A DNA stretch of 63,953 nucleotides, filler included, from Conidiobolus incongruus B7586 (taxonomy: Eukaryota): NCBI GenBank assembly GCA_000697335.1. It is 11 parts of 11 records of this genome, joined end to end, with 100 filler letters (N's around TTAATTAATTAA, not from the genome) between each part and the next. Parts side by side here need not be neighbours in the genome. Positions count along the whole stretch, not along the records: positions 1 to 8,444 come from JNEM01007284.1; positions 8,545 to 12,229 come from JNEM01007287.1; positions 12,330 to 14,803 come from JNEM01007288.1; 8 more parts are not named here. One strand, 5' to 3'. Below are positions 1 through 13,624 of this stretch, one piece after another; position 1 is the stretch's first letter; each line of letters opens with the position of its first letter. Made by a program: the position numbers and the translations under genes. Below the pieces are notes generated by a model. It was not told the origin of the DNA. It ran no database searches and saw only the letters and a program-made list of their open reading frames with translations.

Positions 1-75
1 GAATTCAAAATAATAATATTAATTTAAGTAATAGTTAATTGTAGATAATAAATAAATTTTTTTGTATTTATTTCT

Positions 76-445
76 GATATTGTTGCATTTTATATTAAGT
101 TTTATAACTAAAGATTATAGTTCAAAAAGTATTCAATATAAAATTTAATAAATTATTTATTTATTTTATTATTTAATATATTAGGACTATAAATTTAAGA
201 ACATATTATTAATATATTATAGCAAAATATCCAAAACAAAAAAAAAACTTTTTTTATATCTTTATCACTATTAGGTTTAAATAATTAAGTTAATAAATAA
301 TATAGGGTTTGGATAAAATCTAATAAAGGAAACAAAGAAAACAAAGTGTATCCTTCAATTATAAACTAACTAAGCTAGTTTATAATAGAAATAATATTGG
401 TGGAATTATTTAACAAAAAAAGATAGTTAATTTTGCAATATAATA
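76..445 (-). repeat. 3' LTR of the Ty3/Gypsy element (~370 bp, ends approximate)
   Basis: Aligns by eye along its length with 7740-8105 (e.g. shared GGTTTAAATAATTAAGTTAATAAAT and GATAAAATCTAAT) and lies next to the PPT. Confidence 0.7.
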
Positions 446-676
446 TTATTTCTCCCCTTTATAAACTAATATATCCCTTTATCAGTTATATTTATATTAT
501 TTTATTTTATTCTTATAAAATTATTTTAATTGAATTTATGTATTTCTTCTATATTATTATATAAGTTTTTATGAATTATGTCATATATAATGTTTGATCT
601 TACCAATAAAATAATATAATGTTTATTATATTTCTGATTCATTTTCTTTCTTTTTTTTGTATTTAGCAACCTAATA

Positions 677-2247
677 TATTAACCCACAAAAGTGAGTTAT
701 AAAATCAAAAACATTTATATTATTAGTAATAACTTGATTAATATTTAATCAAATTAACCTAAATTAAAAAATTAAAATCTATTATATCTATTAATTATAT
801 ATATCATTAAATAATGATATTTAGCTATTAATTGGTTAAAATATAAACCCTTAAATTTTACTTAAGGTGAGTTATAAATTTATAGGTTTTTGGTGATAAA
901 GAAATTAAAAACTAGTATATTTACCTTTAGGTTTTCTAATTTTTTTAAGTTTATAGGGTATAAAATCAATTAACTTCTTATATTAAAAAGGGTTAATTTT
1001 GTTTTATATTTCTTAAATATGTTCCCAAAGTTAATCTAAATCTTTTACTGGGGGGAAAGCTTTAATAGCTTTTTTTAATTGATTCTAAAGATATTTAATT
1101 AAATTAAAGTTAGGAGATTAAAGAAGTTACTTTATAACTATTATCTTGTTATTTTTAAGCTGTTTGTTAATAAAAGTTATAATATAGCAAGAGGTATTAA
1201 CTTGCTGGAAAATAACATCAAATTTGTTTAACTTATATTATTCAAAGGTTTTTTTTCAATTTATTATTTAGAATACTTTAATATATTTTAGTATTAATTC
1301 CCTTATTAACTTTATAAAAATACCTTATATTTAAAGATAATATATATCCCTAAATTATAATTAACCTATCTTTTTATTTTTGGGTAAAATTAACATAATA
1401 GTCACAAAGTAGTTCTATATCTTTTTTAAAGCATTTAACCTTTTTATTAAATCCATTAAAATATATTTTTATTTCATTAAATTAAATAACCTTATTTTAA
1501 TTAGTTTTAGTTTAATATTAGTGACAATATTTAAACTCCTACCTAACTTTATAATGGGATTTCTTTATTTAAGGGTGTTTTTTCTTAAAATATAAGTGGT
1601 ATCTATATTAACATAAAGTGTATATAATAGTATTAGTGTTAACTAATATTCTTATATAATCTTATAGTTCCTGTTGTATTTCTACAATAGTACTATACTT
1701 GCTTATATTAACCAACTTATAAATATACTTTTTATCATATTTATCTATTATTTTAGCACACTTACATTTAAGTTTAAATGTTTTTTTATTGTTATTCTTA
1801 ATAACTTTAACTATAGTAAACTAACTAACACTAGTAATTCTAACAATATCACAAGTTAATTTATCTTTTTTATAAAGTTGATTAATATAGAAATAGATTT
1901 TTTTAAAGTGGGATTTAGGTATAATAATATTAATAAAAAAATTAAATATATCTGTAAAATACTATATAAAATAATAACAAAAAGAGAAAAAAGATATGGT
2001 TATATATTGTTAAATATATCCCTTTATCTCAAAAACCTACAAATTTATAACTCATCTTGGTTAAATATTAAAGGTTAATATTTTTGCTAATAGTTTACTA
2101 AATATAACTAAATATATTTATTGATTATTAAATAATATACCTTAATTATACACTATAGATTCAATTAATCTAATGTATACAATTATTTTAGTTATTAATA
2201 GAAATATATATATTTTTGATTTTATAACTTACTTTTGTAGGTTAGTA
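677..2247 (-). mobile_element. Tc1-family (DD34E) DNA transposon copy 1, full length, inactivated, inserted in the Gypsy 3' region
   Basis: TIRs TATTAACCCACAAAAGTGAGTTATAAAATCAAAAA and its reverse complement ending at 2247. TA on both sides (675-676, 2248-2249). Collinear with 57549-59121. Retains VIFQQ on the minus strand at ~1201-1216. Confidence 0.95.
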
Positions 2248-5200
2248 TATAATTACCAATTTTGTATTATAGTTTATTAATTTCATCACCTTTTTATAAT
2301 TATAATTCCTTAAATATTTAATTCTCCTTATATTCCTATTATTTAATATAGTATTTTAATTCTAAAATAAGTTTAATTTATATATTATCTAAAATCAAGA
2401 TATACTTCAATAATCATGATTCTTATCCAAATAATATTTAAAAAGGTGATATTTAATCCAACTATAATATTACTCAATATATAAATAATATTTTATTAAT
2501 TTTTTAATCTTAATTCTTTAGATGGTTAATTGATAATTTTTTTTAAATATTCATATAATATCTTATTAAATCTTTTTGCTCTCCTATTAGCTTAAGGATA
2601 GTGTATTAATATAAATTAATATATTACTTAAAATATCTTAATAATTTTTCTATATTATTATAATTAAATTAAGGACCTTTATCAATTATAATGATTTTTA
2701 GAAATATAAAATTTAAAATAATATAGATATAAATAAATTTCATAGTTATTTCTGTAATTTATATTTTATATAATAAAGTTATTAACCAATAAAATTTATA
2801 TCCTACTATAACTAGTATATATTAATTATTATAAGTTGAAGGTTTAAAAAGTTTTATAAACTTTAATATAGTTTATTTAAATAATTTATTCCTTACTATA
2901 TATTTAGAAAATAATTTTTTTATAGTTATATTAAATATTTGGTATGTGTAACATTTAGTGATAACTTTTCAAGCTATTTTATTAACTTTTAGCTACCCAA
3001 AATATTTTTGAATTAAACTTAATATAGTTGTAATATCATAATAAGTTTTATTTATATAGAATATTTTAGTTGATTTTTTTTGATATTATTGTTTTAAAAT
3101 TTTTTATATTTATTTTCTTACTTTTGTAGTTAAATTATCATTACAAATTAAATATCTTTTGCATTAATCTTGAAATTATAGAAAAGTTTTATATGATCGA
3201 AACTTTAGTGGTTTATTATATTTAAATATCAGATATATCTTTAATAAAAAGGTTTGTAATTTATTTCAATAAAATTTTCAATTATTATTTTAGTTTCAAC
3301 TAATTGTTTATATAATATATCAATTAATATATTATCTTTACCTAATTTATATATTATTTTAAAACCATAAAACTATATAATAACCAATAAATATGTTAAT
3401 TTATTAGATTTATTACTTTAAGATATTCTTTAAGTTTAGTATAATCTGTTTAGATTATGAAATATTGTTTAAATAAATAAAGTCTGAAATATTCTATTAT
3501 TAAAACAACTATATATATTTTTTTATAAATAATTATATAATTCAACTCAGCTTTATTAAATATCTTGAAATAATAATTGATAATTGATTTTTTTTATCTT
3601 TTAGATATAATTAGGTAAGTATAATACTCACTCCTAAACCTAAAGTATTTGTTTGTAAAACAAATTCAAGATTAAGATTTAATAGTTTATGTATAGGAAT
3701 AGAGGTTAATATATTATAAAGCTAATAAAAGCTCTTTTTAACTTATTTATTATAATTAAAGGTATTATTAGTTTTAGTTAACTTATTTAAAAATTCAGGT
3801 ATTTTAGAAAAATCTTCAACAAAGCATTGATAATAATTAATAAAATTTAAGGATATTATTATTTTTTTAATATCTTTAGGTTCAAGCTAATCTTTTATTT
3901 GTTATATTTTTGAAAAATTAGCTTCTAATCTTTTATTACTAATAATATATCCTAAATAGTTAATTGAATTATATAGAGAGTAATATTTTTTAGGACTAAT
4001 ACATAATTAATTTTATTCTAATTATTATTATTTTTTTAGTTATAAATTAAATAGTTTTCTTTGGTACAATTATAAATTATAATATTGTTTAAGCAAACTA
4101 GAATAAAATCATATAAAAATTCCTTTATTATAATATTTATCATGGATTAAAATATTACTAATATATATAATATACTAAAAGACATTAAAAATAAAATAAT
4201 TAGTATGTAAATTAAATCCTATTAATAAAATTAATTTTATATTTATTTATACTTGATAATAACCTGAGAGTGAATCTAATATAATAAAAATAGTTACCCT
4301 ATTTAAGGAATTAAGCAATTCATTAATTTTAAGTAAAGAAAAAATATTTTTAGTAATAAAATTATTTAATTCTTTATAATCAATAAATAATCATATTTTT
4401 TTATCCTTTTTAAAAATTAATATAATTTAAAATATCTATAGGCAGTTTAATTCTTGTATATTATTATTATCTAGCATTAATTATAATTTTTTATCTAATT
4501 ATTATATCTTTATTAATAAAAGCTATCTTATTTTTTATTTGATAAAGATTATGTTTTTATCAATTAATTTGATTTAATAAGTGATTCCTATTATTTTCCT
4601 TATTTTCTTAAGGCTTATATATAATATATTTGGGAATTTAATCAAAAAATTAATAATAGATCTTTTAATAATAAATATTCTGATATTAATTAAATTTACT
4701 TTATTATTGATTAAAGCAGTATTTTTAGTTGAAATAGCTGACTTAAGTTGTTAAATTATGGGGTATTTAAATTTCTTTATTTAAAATGATTTCTTAGTTA
4801 TTATTTCTATATTTTTCTTTTTATTATCTTGTTTTATCTTTATTATTTAGCAAAGATAATTAATTATAGCAAATATTTTATATAATTAATAATAACTAAA
4901 AATAATAAGTAAATTAAGATTATCCATCACTTAAAATTTATCTATTATAATGATTACTCCTATTTAAATATTAATGCTTCTTATCTTACCTGTTGTTTTT
5001 ATAATGGTGCTTATAACATATAACTATATATTAGATACAATTACTTATTTCTATAAATTCATTATTATTATAACTTAACTATATATTATATTAGATTTAC
5101 TATTAAAATTAATAAAGGCTATAATCTCTATTGTTTTATATTATAATAATTTAAAGATAACCTCTAGGTTTACTAAATTAAAAAGGAATATAATATATAG

Positions 5201-7739
5201 AGCTTAAATCTTAATTTAATTTTTCTATAACTAAAATCATTAATAAAGAATTTCAATAATTTTAACTTATTTAAATATTTTATATATCAATTATATAACT
5301 TTTTCACCTTTTAAAACTAGATAAAGTTTGTTAAAATTGTTGATACAAATAATTTTGATTTTATTAATAAAATTTAGATTAATTATTCTTCTGCTAATAT
5401 CAAAAGCTTTTTGACTTGCTAGTTTTAATTATAGAGCAATTCTTAAATAGGTATTTTTTAAAAATATAGCCACTAATAATATTTGAATTATACCTCTTAA
5501 ATATGATAATATAGGAATATCTTTTATTACTATAAAATTTATCCTGGTGTTATTTTTAAAATCAAAACTTAAAATAATTATTTTTGAAATTTTCTTAGTA
5601 AATTAAATTTCTAATAATTTATACTCTTTTAAAAATAGAATAGCTATTATTTGTTCAATTTATTCTTTTATTATTTCTTGTTATTGATTTATTAATTTAA
5701 ATAAGCCAATATAGATTTTTGGTGATAATTCCATTAATTCTATTAAAAGGATATTATATTCTAAATTTAACATATCTTTACAGACTTTTATAACTTTATC
5801 CTTAGTTAAAGTTAGCTTCCTTTGTGTTTTCCATTTTTTTTAAATTTTTTTAAATTTTTTTTATTAATTTTTTATTTGTAAGTTTAAGAATCTATTATAA
5901 TCTTCTTGAGTTATTGAAATATCTCTTAAAATTTCTTTTATTTATTATTTAATTTATTAATTAATCTTTTTAAAATTTAAAATATTTAAAGTAACTAATA
6001 GTATAGCTTTTAAATTAGTTATAGATATTGACTTATTATTTAAATTATTAAGAGGAATTAATTGTTGGTTAATTGTGTTTTGATTTGTACTTATTGATTG
6101 TATCTTTATAAGATTAGTTATACTAAAAGATCTATTAGATTTCTTTAATCAATATAGTTGTTGTTTATTTTTTTTCTTTGTTAGTAACTTTTTTCTGAAA
6201 TCTAACCATTATAACTTATTTAATCTAACTTAATATTTTGCGCATTTCCTTTAATATTTCTTATTTATATTCAAAATCCATTTCGTTTTTGTTATTAGAA
6301 TTTAAACTACTAGAGTTATATTTAAAGTTGTTAGATTTTTTAAGATTGGTTTTATTTATAATAAAAATTAATATTGATGTTAATTATTAATTGGAATTAA
6401 TCTTATTAATATTAATTAAAAATAATTCTATCTCTTAACCATCTAATATATTTCATTATTAATTATTGCTATAATTTACTTATATTATTATTATTTGAGA
6501 ATTTTTAACTATTATATAATTATAATAAATATAACCTAGTTAGCTATAGTTATTATATCCTAGCTTAATATAATTATAGTTGTTATAATTAATTATATTA
6601 CTATAGTTATATTTGGTGACTATTACTTAATTTATATTATTTTTGCAATTACTTAAGTTATTTTTTTTAATATTTAAATCTTTTAAATCTCTTCCTTTAA
6701 TAAACCATACCTATTTTTATTTAATTATAATTTTCTCTGTTTTATAATTTTTCTGTTTTAAATCTTTTAATAATTAATCTATAATATTTTTATGGAAATG
6801 GTTTAGAAATAAAAATATGTTTTTTAAGCCCTTTAGAATAATTATATGAATATTAATAATATTTAGGTTATTAAAATCATTAAATCTTATAACCATTTTA
6901 TCTACAAAGTTACTCACAGATTTATTTAAATTTATCTTTAATTTATCTAAATTAAAACTTAAAATTCTTTAGTTATTGAATTTAAATAATTTAATAAACT
7001 TTTGTTCAAATATTCTTTATATTTTGATTTTTATTATATTAGGTAATTAAATTTATATCTCAAAATTATTAGTTGCAACTATTTTAAAACCTTAGATTAT
7101 TTGTTCAAAATTATCCTAATTTATTTATATAATAGTCTTAATCTTTTTAATTTAAATTTATAATTATTACTATTTTTAAAATTTAGATAATGTTTTTTGT
7201 TAAATCTTTTATAATTTGTAATAGTTTTCGTATATTGTATTGTATCATAGAATAATTTATAAAATTAATATTCAAAAGAGTTATTTTTTAAAATAAATCT
7301 ATCTTTGAAAATATTTAATTTTTTTAATTTTTTTAAATTTATTAAATATATTTCTTTTAAATGAATTAATTCCTCTTTTTGAATTTGTTCTTTGTATTTT
7401 TCTTCTATATATTTTTTATTTACTTAACTAAAATCTATATTTCTTTAGATAAACCATTAATTGCTTGTAATATTAATTTTATAGTAATATTCAAAGTTTC
7501 TAATCTAATAAAAAAAATAATTTAAGTATTAAATAAGGATAATCTTAATTTTAATTCTTTATTATTTTTCTAATTATAATTTCCTTTATAAATTTTGTAA
7601 TTTTGTTTTTTTAATATATTCATAATATAATGAAATGTTTAAATTATAATACTTTTATATTACTAATAAAATTAATATAATTATAATATTTAAATCAATA
7701 TTTTTTATAAAATTTAATAGTTATCTTGATTCTCTAGCA

Positions 7740-8105
7740 ATTAATATTGTATTTTATATTAAGTCTTATAAATAAAGATCATTGTTAAAAATATACTCAA
7801 AATATAATTTAATAAATTATTTATTAATCCTGCTTTTTAATATATTAAGGTTATAGGTTGAAAAGCTTATTATTGAAATGTTATAATAGAATATCCAAAA
7901 GAAAAATCTTTCTCTATATTTTTATCTCTATTGGGTTTAAATAATTAAGTTAATAAATGATATAAAATATAGATAAAATCTAATTAAGAAAACAAAAAGA
8001 ATAAAAAATATCCTTTAATTATAAATTAATAAAGCTAGCTTAAAATAAAAGTAATATAATTTTAATTATTCAAATACAAAAAATAGTTAATTTTAAAATA
8101 TAATA
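7740..8105 (-). repeat. 5' LTR of the Ty3/Gypsy element (ends approximate)
   Basis: Direct repeat of 76-445, located upstream of the gag-like region. Confidence 0.7.
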
Positions 8106-8289
8106 ATATAAAAAAAATAATATTTAGTTTAGCTTGGTTAATTTTAAAAAATGAATATCAAATGATAAATATTATTAATTTAAATTAAACTTCAAAATAT
8201 AATATTTTAATATATTTGTCTCCTTAGGTTGATAAGTTTATTCAATAATTTATAAGTATAAAATTTGTTTTATTTAAAATATAATTAAA

Positions 8290-8444
8290 TAACACTTTTT
8301 ATTCTTTTTTTATCTGTTGTTTTTATTTTCTTAATTATATTTTAGTTTATCTTTTATTAAAATTTTACCAAATCCTATATTATATATTTAATAAATTATT
8401 TAATTAGCTAAAAATAATATAAAAAAAATAATAAAGTTTTTCTA
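8290..8444 (+). repeat. Fragment of a related LTR in the opposite orientation
   Basis: Its reverse complement resembles 240-350 (TAATATAGGATTTGGTAAAATTTTAATAAAAG vs TAATATAGGGTTTGGATAAAATCTAATAAAGG). Cut by the gap. Confidence 0.45.
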
Positions 8445-8544
8445 NNNNNNNNNNNNNNNNNNNNNNNNNNNNNNNNNNNNNNNNNNNNTTAATTAATTAA
8501 NNNNNNNNNNNNNNNNNNNNNNNNNNNNNNNNNNNNNNNNNNNN
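8445..8544. other. Artificial contig linker, first of ten (others at 12230, 14804, 22210, 28680, 39692, 50125, 53212, 56150, 62188; each 100 bp)
   Basis: Same N run + TTAATTAATTAA + N run layout each time. The 12-mer puts stop codons in all six frames. Confidence 0.97.
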
Positions 8545-8820
8545 AGTTATTTGAAAATTTTAAATAATTTTAAAAGGTTTATAGATAAGTTTTACTAATT
8601 TTAAAATAAAAAACTTTAATAATTGTTATTTAGTTTATATATGATAAAATTAAAAAACTAATTTTAAAAAGTTATTTTTTTAATCAAAAAAATTATAATA
8701 TATATAATTTAAAAATATTTTTTTTATTTACTTTGAATATATTTATTTATTTAAAACTAATAATATGTTTGAAAAATCAAAAATTAAAAAATTTCCCATT
8801 AATTCAAAAATTCAAGGTAA
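8545..8820 (-). mobile_element. Mariner 5' end fragment with TIR
   Basis: Matches 14660-14803 and the reverse complement of 50586-50880. Ends ...AATTTCCCATTAATTCAAAAATTCAAGGTAA followed by TA. Confidence 0.8.
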
Positions 8821-9689
8821 TAATATCATAAAATAATATAAATTATGTTTTATTTAGATAATTAATTTGCTTCAATACATTTTTTCATGCTTTTTATTCA
8901 CTTGGATTTAAAATATAGTCAAAAATTACATAATATAATTTTGAATAATTTAATTGGAAAATGGCTTTATATACGTTTTGAATTTATTATTGTTATAGAG
9001 ATACTGAATCAGCATATTACAAGAAGGTTTGAATTTTAAATAATATATTGATTAACGAAGTACATATAATGAAAATTTATTTTTTAATAATTATAATCAT
9101 TTTCTATAAATATTTAATTTAAATCTATTTTGGATATAAACAAAAGTTGAGTAAAAAATATAAATTAAAAATCAAAAATATATGTAAATTAATTTCGAAT
9201 ATATTGCGATATATATTGAAATTAAAAATACTTTCAAATTGTAAAAATATAATAAAAAATCAAATATATCAAAATTGAATTAGATTTATATATTCAATCT
9301 AATTTATGACAATGGATATTTTTTTGGAAATATAATATATTGAAAGCAACCACAATGTATAAAGTATAAAATTATTTTTTTAATTGTTAAACCTTGGGTA
9401 TTATATAGTGAATCGATTGATAATTTAATAAAAAGAATATTAAGATACTTGACTAATTAAATTTTTATAAATTGCCAATTTTAAATATATTTTTTATTAA
9501 AAAAAGATTTTATAAATTGTTTTAAATTATATTATACTCTTTATAACTCAAAAATGTAACTTCTATCAGTTAAATATTTCTTATAAATTTTATAAGTTAT
9601 AAATAAAATTAAATCGAATAAACATTAAATTTCAATAGCAAGAAAATTTATTAATTCATATTGAAAATATAAAATATTATTTATCCTAA

Positions 9690-10500
9690 ACTAATATTTT
9701 ATATAGAGTAATTTGATTTATTAATCCTATTAAATTAAATAGTGTATATTAGCTGAGATTAGTTAGCTGAAAATTTTTGACTATTTACATAACTTCAACT
9801 GGCTTTGGCTCTGTTTTCTTTTGGGAAAATTTAACAATTTTAAATTTGAAGAGATTAAAGAAAAGAATATTAAATATTTTTAATAAAGATCAGGAAGTAT
9901 TTCTAATTTTGTATTATTATTAACCTTATTGGTTATTTTAAATTCTTTTTTTGTAAAATTGAAATAATAATTACTTCTATAATTATTATTCAATTATATA
10001 ATTTATATTAATTTGCTTACTGTTAAAAATATCAATTGCAAAGAATATGCAATTGTTATCTTTATTCGTATACTAATTATTATTTTCTATAAAACTATAA
10101 GATATTATAGATGTTAACATTGATTAATAATTATTAATTCCTCTTAAGAAAAACTTTCTAATCAGTATGGTTTATCTAATAATAGAAATTAAAAGATTAC
10201 ATCTGGAATATATATCCAAAAACTCTATTATTAAATTAGCATTCTAAATAATATTAATAATGACTAAACAGTTGTAACTTGAATAAAACTTAATAGCATT
10301 TTTCATTAAATCAGGATATATATTATTTTCTAGTGTTTGAATAATATCCTAGATTGATTAATTATTATTAACAGAATCAATTATAAAAATTTGCCTTTAT
10401 TTTAAATTTTATAAATAAAACTTTAGTATAAAAATTATCAATTATAAATTTAAATAGTATTGATTAAAAAAGAATAAATTAAATTAAAATAGGAAATTAC
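9690..10500 (+). pseudogene. Possible decayed F-box/LRR-like gene
   Basis: F-box-like end (*LRLVS*KF) near 9750 and hydrophobic periodic frames broken by stops. Weak evidence. Confidence 0.25.
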
Positions 10501-12329
10501 AAGGAGATTAAATAAGACAGAATCATAAATATGATAATATTTGCTTGTATTAATTAAGATGCAATAATAAAATTTTGATTGATGTCATTTTATTCTTCAA
10601 ATCCGACCGATAAATTTTTAAAACAACTGAGAATGCATTGGTAAATCCCCTAATCATCCCAAAATACTATCAAGTCAATGGTCAAAATTTCAATATTAAA
10701 ACGTCCTTTTGGTTAATAATATAGCTCTAATAAATTTACTATAATATTTTATTAATTATAATTTCAACCTAATTGAATTTTAATATTAAGTATAATTTTT
10801 ATTAATTTAACATGATTTTTATCTGATTTAATTTCAAATTAATATTTGCCATAAGAAATAAATTATTATATATATATATATATAATAAGGCATAGAAAAG
10901 GAGGAGATAAAATTACATAATATTTTGTTTTAGAGTAGACGTTAATTTCTTGATTATAAATTAACCGTAATTTTTGAAAATACAATAAAGGGTTAGGTTA
11001 TTTGTAAATCTAAGCTAATATTCCTTAATGTTCCATCAGTTTTAATATTACAACTTTAATTTAAATTATCTAATATTATTCAGGTTTTTATTACAAGCTT
11101 AAAATTAATTTTGGATCATTTAATTTTTTTGCCTCTTTTTATTTTATTTCAGTGTAACAAGTTTAATGAAGTTATAAATATTTGTATACTTGAAAAAAGT
11201 TTAGTATAATTTATCAAACAATTTTAATAAAATTCCTAAAATTATCGTTGTAATCAGGATCTTTAATTGTATTAGAAAGATTCATTTAACTATTTTTTAT
11301 TTTGGTTTATTGTTAATAATAGAAATATATAATCATTTTATATATTACTGGATTATTATAATTATTTATATCAAATTCGAATTATTTTTAAATTTATTTA
11401 CAAATAATTTAGAACTTTTGGAATTCTTTAATCTATTTTAAGTAACTCCATTTTATTACATAATTTCATTTTATTGAATCAATTAAAAATTTTGTTAATG
11501 TTATTAAATTGGTAATAGTAAAAAATATAAACTAATATATAGTAGATTCTTGATCAATAGTATAGATGTTAAGTATTAAATTGAAATCGATGGTTTAATA
11601 TATCTCAATAACTCTAAGATAATATAGCTACATATTATAAAAATATAAGATGGTATATATTAAATATTAAATTTTTTGCTAAAAAATCATTCTTTGACCT
11701 TGACAATTATAATTTTTTAAATTAAAGGAGCAAGTGATATTATAAAATAGAATTTGTTAAATTGTAATATTAAAACAATATGATCAATTTGATAATATAC
11801 TTTTAACATAATTGATAACGTTATATAATGATTGAATATATTTTACTTTCTCTTTGTTTCGAATTTTAGCAATAATTCAAATTGTTAAATTGTTAAATTC
11901 AAAATTCGAAATTTAATAAAAATAAATAGTAATTAACATGGTGTATTTAATATTTGTTTTTATGAATTTCAAAGTTGATTAATTCAACTTTTTAACATAA
12001 TAAATAGTGCAAGTTATATTTGTTACGATAATACATAGTTATATAATATTCATTTTTTAGTTTTTCTAATATATACTATCAATAATCAATATTTATTTAT
12101 ATATAAAATTAATTTTTCAAATTATTGATTAATAATTTTAATTGTCTAAATTTATTTTTAATTTATAAGTTAATATTAATCAAACTTTATGCCTTAATAT
12201 TAATATAATTATTATATTTTAAAATTTAANNNNNNNNNNNNNNNNNNNNNNNNNNNNNNNNNNNNNNNNNNNNTTAATTAATTAANNNNNNNNNNNNNNN
12301 NNNNNNNNNNNNNNNNNNNNNNNNNNNNN

Positions 12330-13320
12330 AAAACATAGTTTTTTATATTAATTATTAATCACTAGGAATATTATTTTAATTTAAATAAGAAATAATTTAA
12401 AACTTATTATAATCTAGAAAATTAATTTTAATTAACATATTTTCTATTAATAATATATAAAATAATATATATTCAACAATACCACTATATTTAAAAATAT
12501 TATTAAGATAATTTTATATTAATTGTATTATAAATTATATATTATAAAATTAAAACTTTTGTTATTTAAATGAGTATATTAAATATACACCTTTAGTTTA
12601 ACTAAAGATTAAAAAATAACTTGAGTAATTATAGCTAAACAGAATCTATTAAGATATAATCAAAAACCAAGACTTTTATAGCAAAATATAATTATTAATG
12701 AATTATAAAACATTTTTATATTTTTAAATAAAATACTAAACTAAGCTAAAAGAATTTCTTTATGAATTTTGATAATAAAATATTTTATTTATAAGTAAAT
12801 ATTAATTATTATAATATATTTTAATAATATAGTCGATAATTATTTAGATTTAAAAGAAAATTAACTAGTATTAATTAATATATTCTTTTATAAATAATCA
12901 TATTTTAATTAATATTTTGATTATAATTAAATTATATTTAATGTTTTAAATAATAATTGTAAAGTTTGCAAAGTTTAAGATGTTAGAAAATTTTTAAATA
13001 AAAATAATTAAAAAAAACTAGCATATCTATCATATTCACTAAAATATAACCCATGTAATTATGAAGGATATAGGTAGTTAAATAATCAGTTTTTCAAGAA
13101 GAAAATTTTTGCAAATTCAATTAGTTTATAAAATATAAAATTTCAATCAATAATAAAAGAGTTGTTTTTTGGGTATTACAAGTTTTTTAAAAGTATGGTG
13201 AAAAGTTAATAATAATAAAAAATAGCATCGATTTTTATTATATATTTATTTTTTTTAATTATATTAAAATCTTTATTTATTTTAATCTTAAATATTCTCA
13301 CTATTCAAAATATAAAGTAA
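12330..13320 (+). mobile_element. Mariner (DD34D) copy, divergent subfamily, 5' truncated by gap
   Basis: Translation NNNCKVCKV*DVRKFLNKNN*KKLAYLSYSLKYNPCNY at ~12950-13062 corresponds to HDNxxxH...LxHPPYSPDxxPCDY. TIR AATATTCTCACTATTCAAAATATAAAGTAA followed by TA ends at 13320. Confidence 0.75.
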
Positions 13321-13624
13321 TATTATATAATTAAGTTGATACTGGAATAAATAATTAATAATATTATAAATCTCATGATTATTTTGAGAAAATATTTTTG
13401 TACTTAATATAATATGTATAATTAAGATTTAAAAAACTTTTAAATTATCAATATAGTTTAAAAGAATAAAATTAATAGAAGATAAATAGAATTATAAAAA
13501 AACTTTGATTTAAATTATAAAAAATATTTTGGTAAAACAATAATAATATTATAATATTCAATATGTTAGATATATAATATATTTTATGAATAGAATATTC
13601 ACAAAAAGTAATTTAATTAAAATA

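Larger units (their letters stand above)
76..8105 (-). mobile_element. Full-length, hypermutated Ty3/Gypsy LTR retrotransposon (LTR-gag-PR-RT-RH-IN-PPT-LTR), interrupted by a Tc1 copy
   Basis: Minus-strand translation gives decayed motifs in Gypsy order. Gag-like KSVSNFVDK/FLKGL at ~6820-6950. Protease-like IAFINFNS (=IDSGS) at ~5100-5125. RT KKDKKI*LFIDYKELN..LLKINELLNSL..LDSLSGYYQV at ~4250-4420 and LVCLNNII (=YLDDI) at 4078-4101. RNase H end FYGFKIIYKLGKDNILIDIL at ~3315-3372. Integrase Zn finger at ~2940-3060 and IDKGP*F at ~2665-2690. Polypurine tract AAAGGGGAGA at 451-460 next to the 3' LTR. Confidence 0.85.

Noticed and set aside
1674..2078. Short plus-strand ORFs (61 and 66 aa)
   Set aside because: They are antisense to the dead Tc1 transposase in copy 1 and are chance AT-rich frames.
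8489..8500. Recurrent palindrome TTAATTAATTAA as a biological repeat or CRISPR-like unit
   Set aside because: It is always centred in 100-bp N spacers, so it is an assembly linker.
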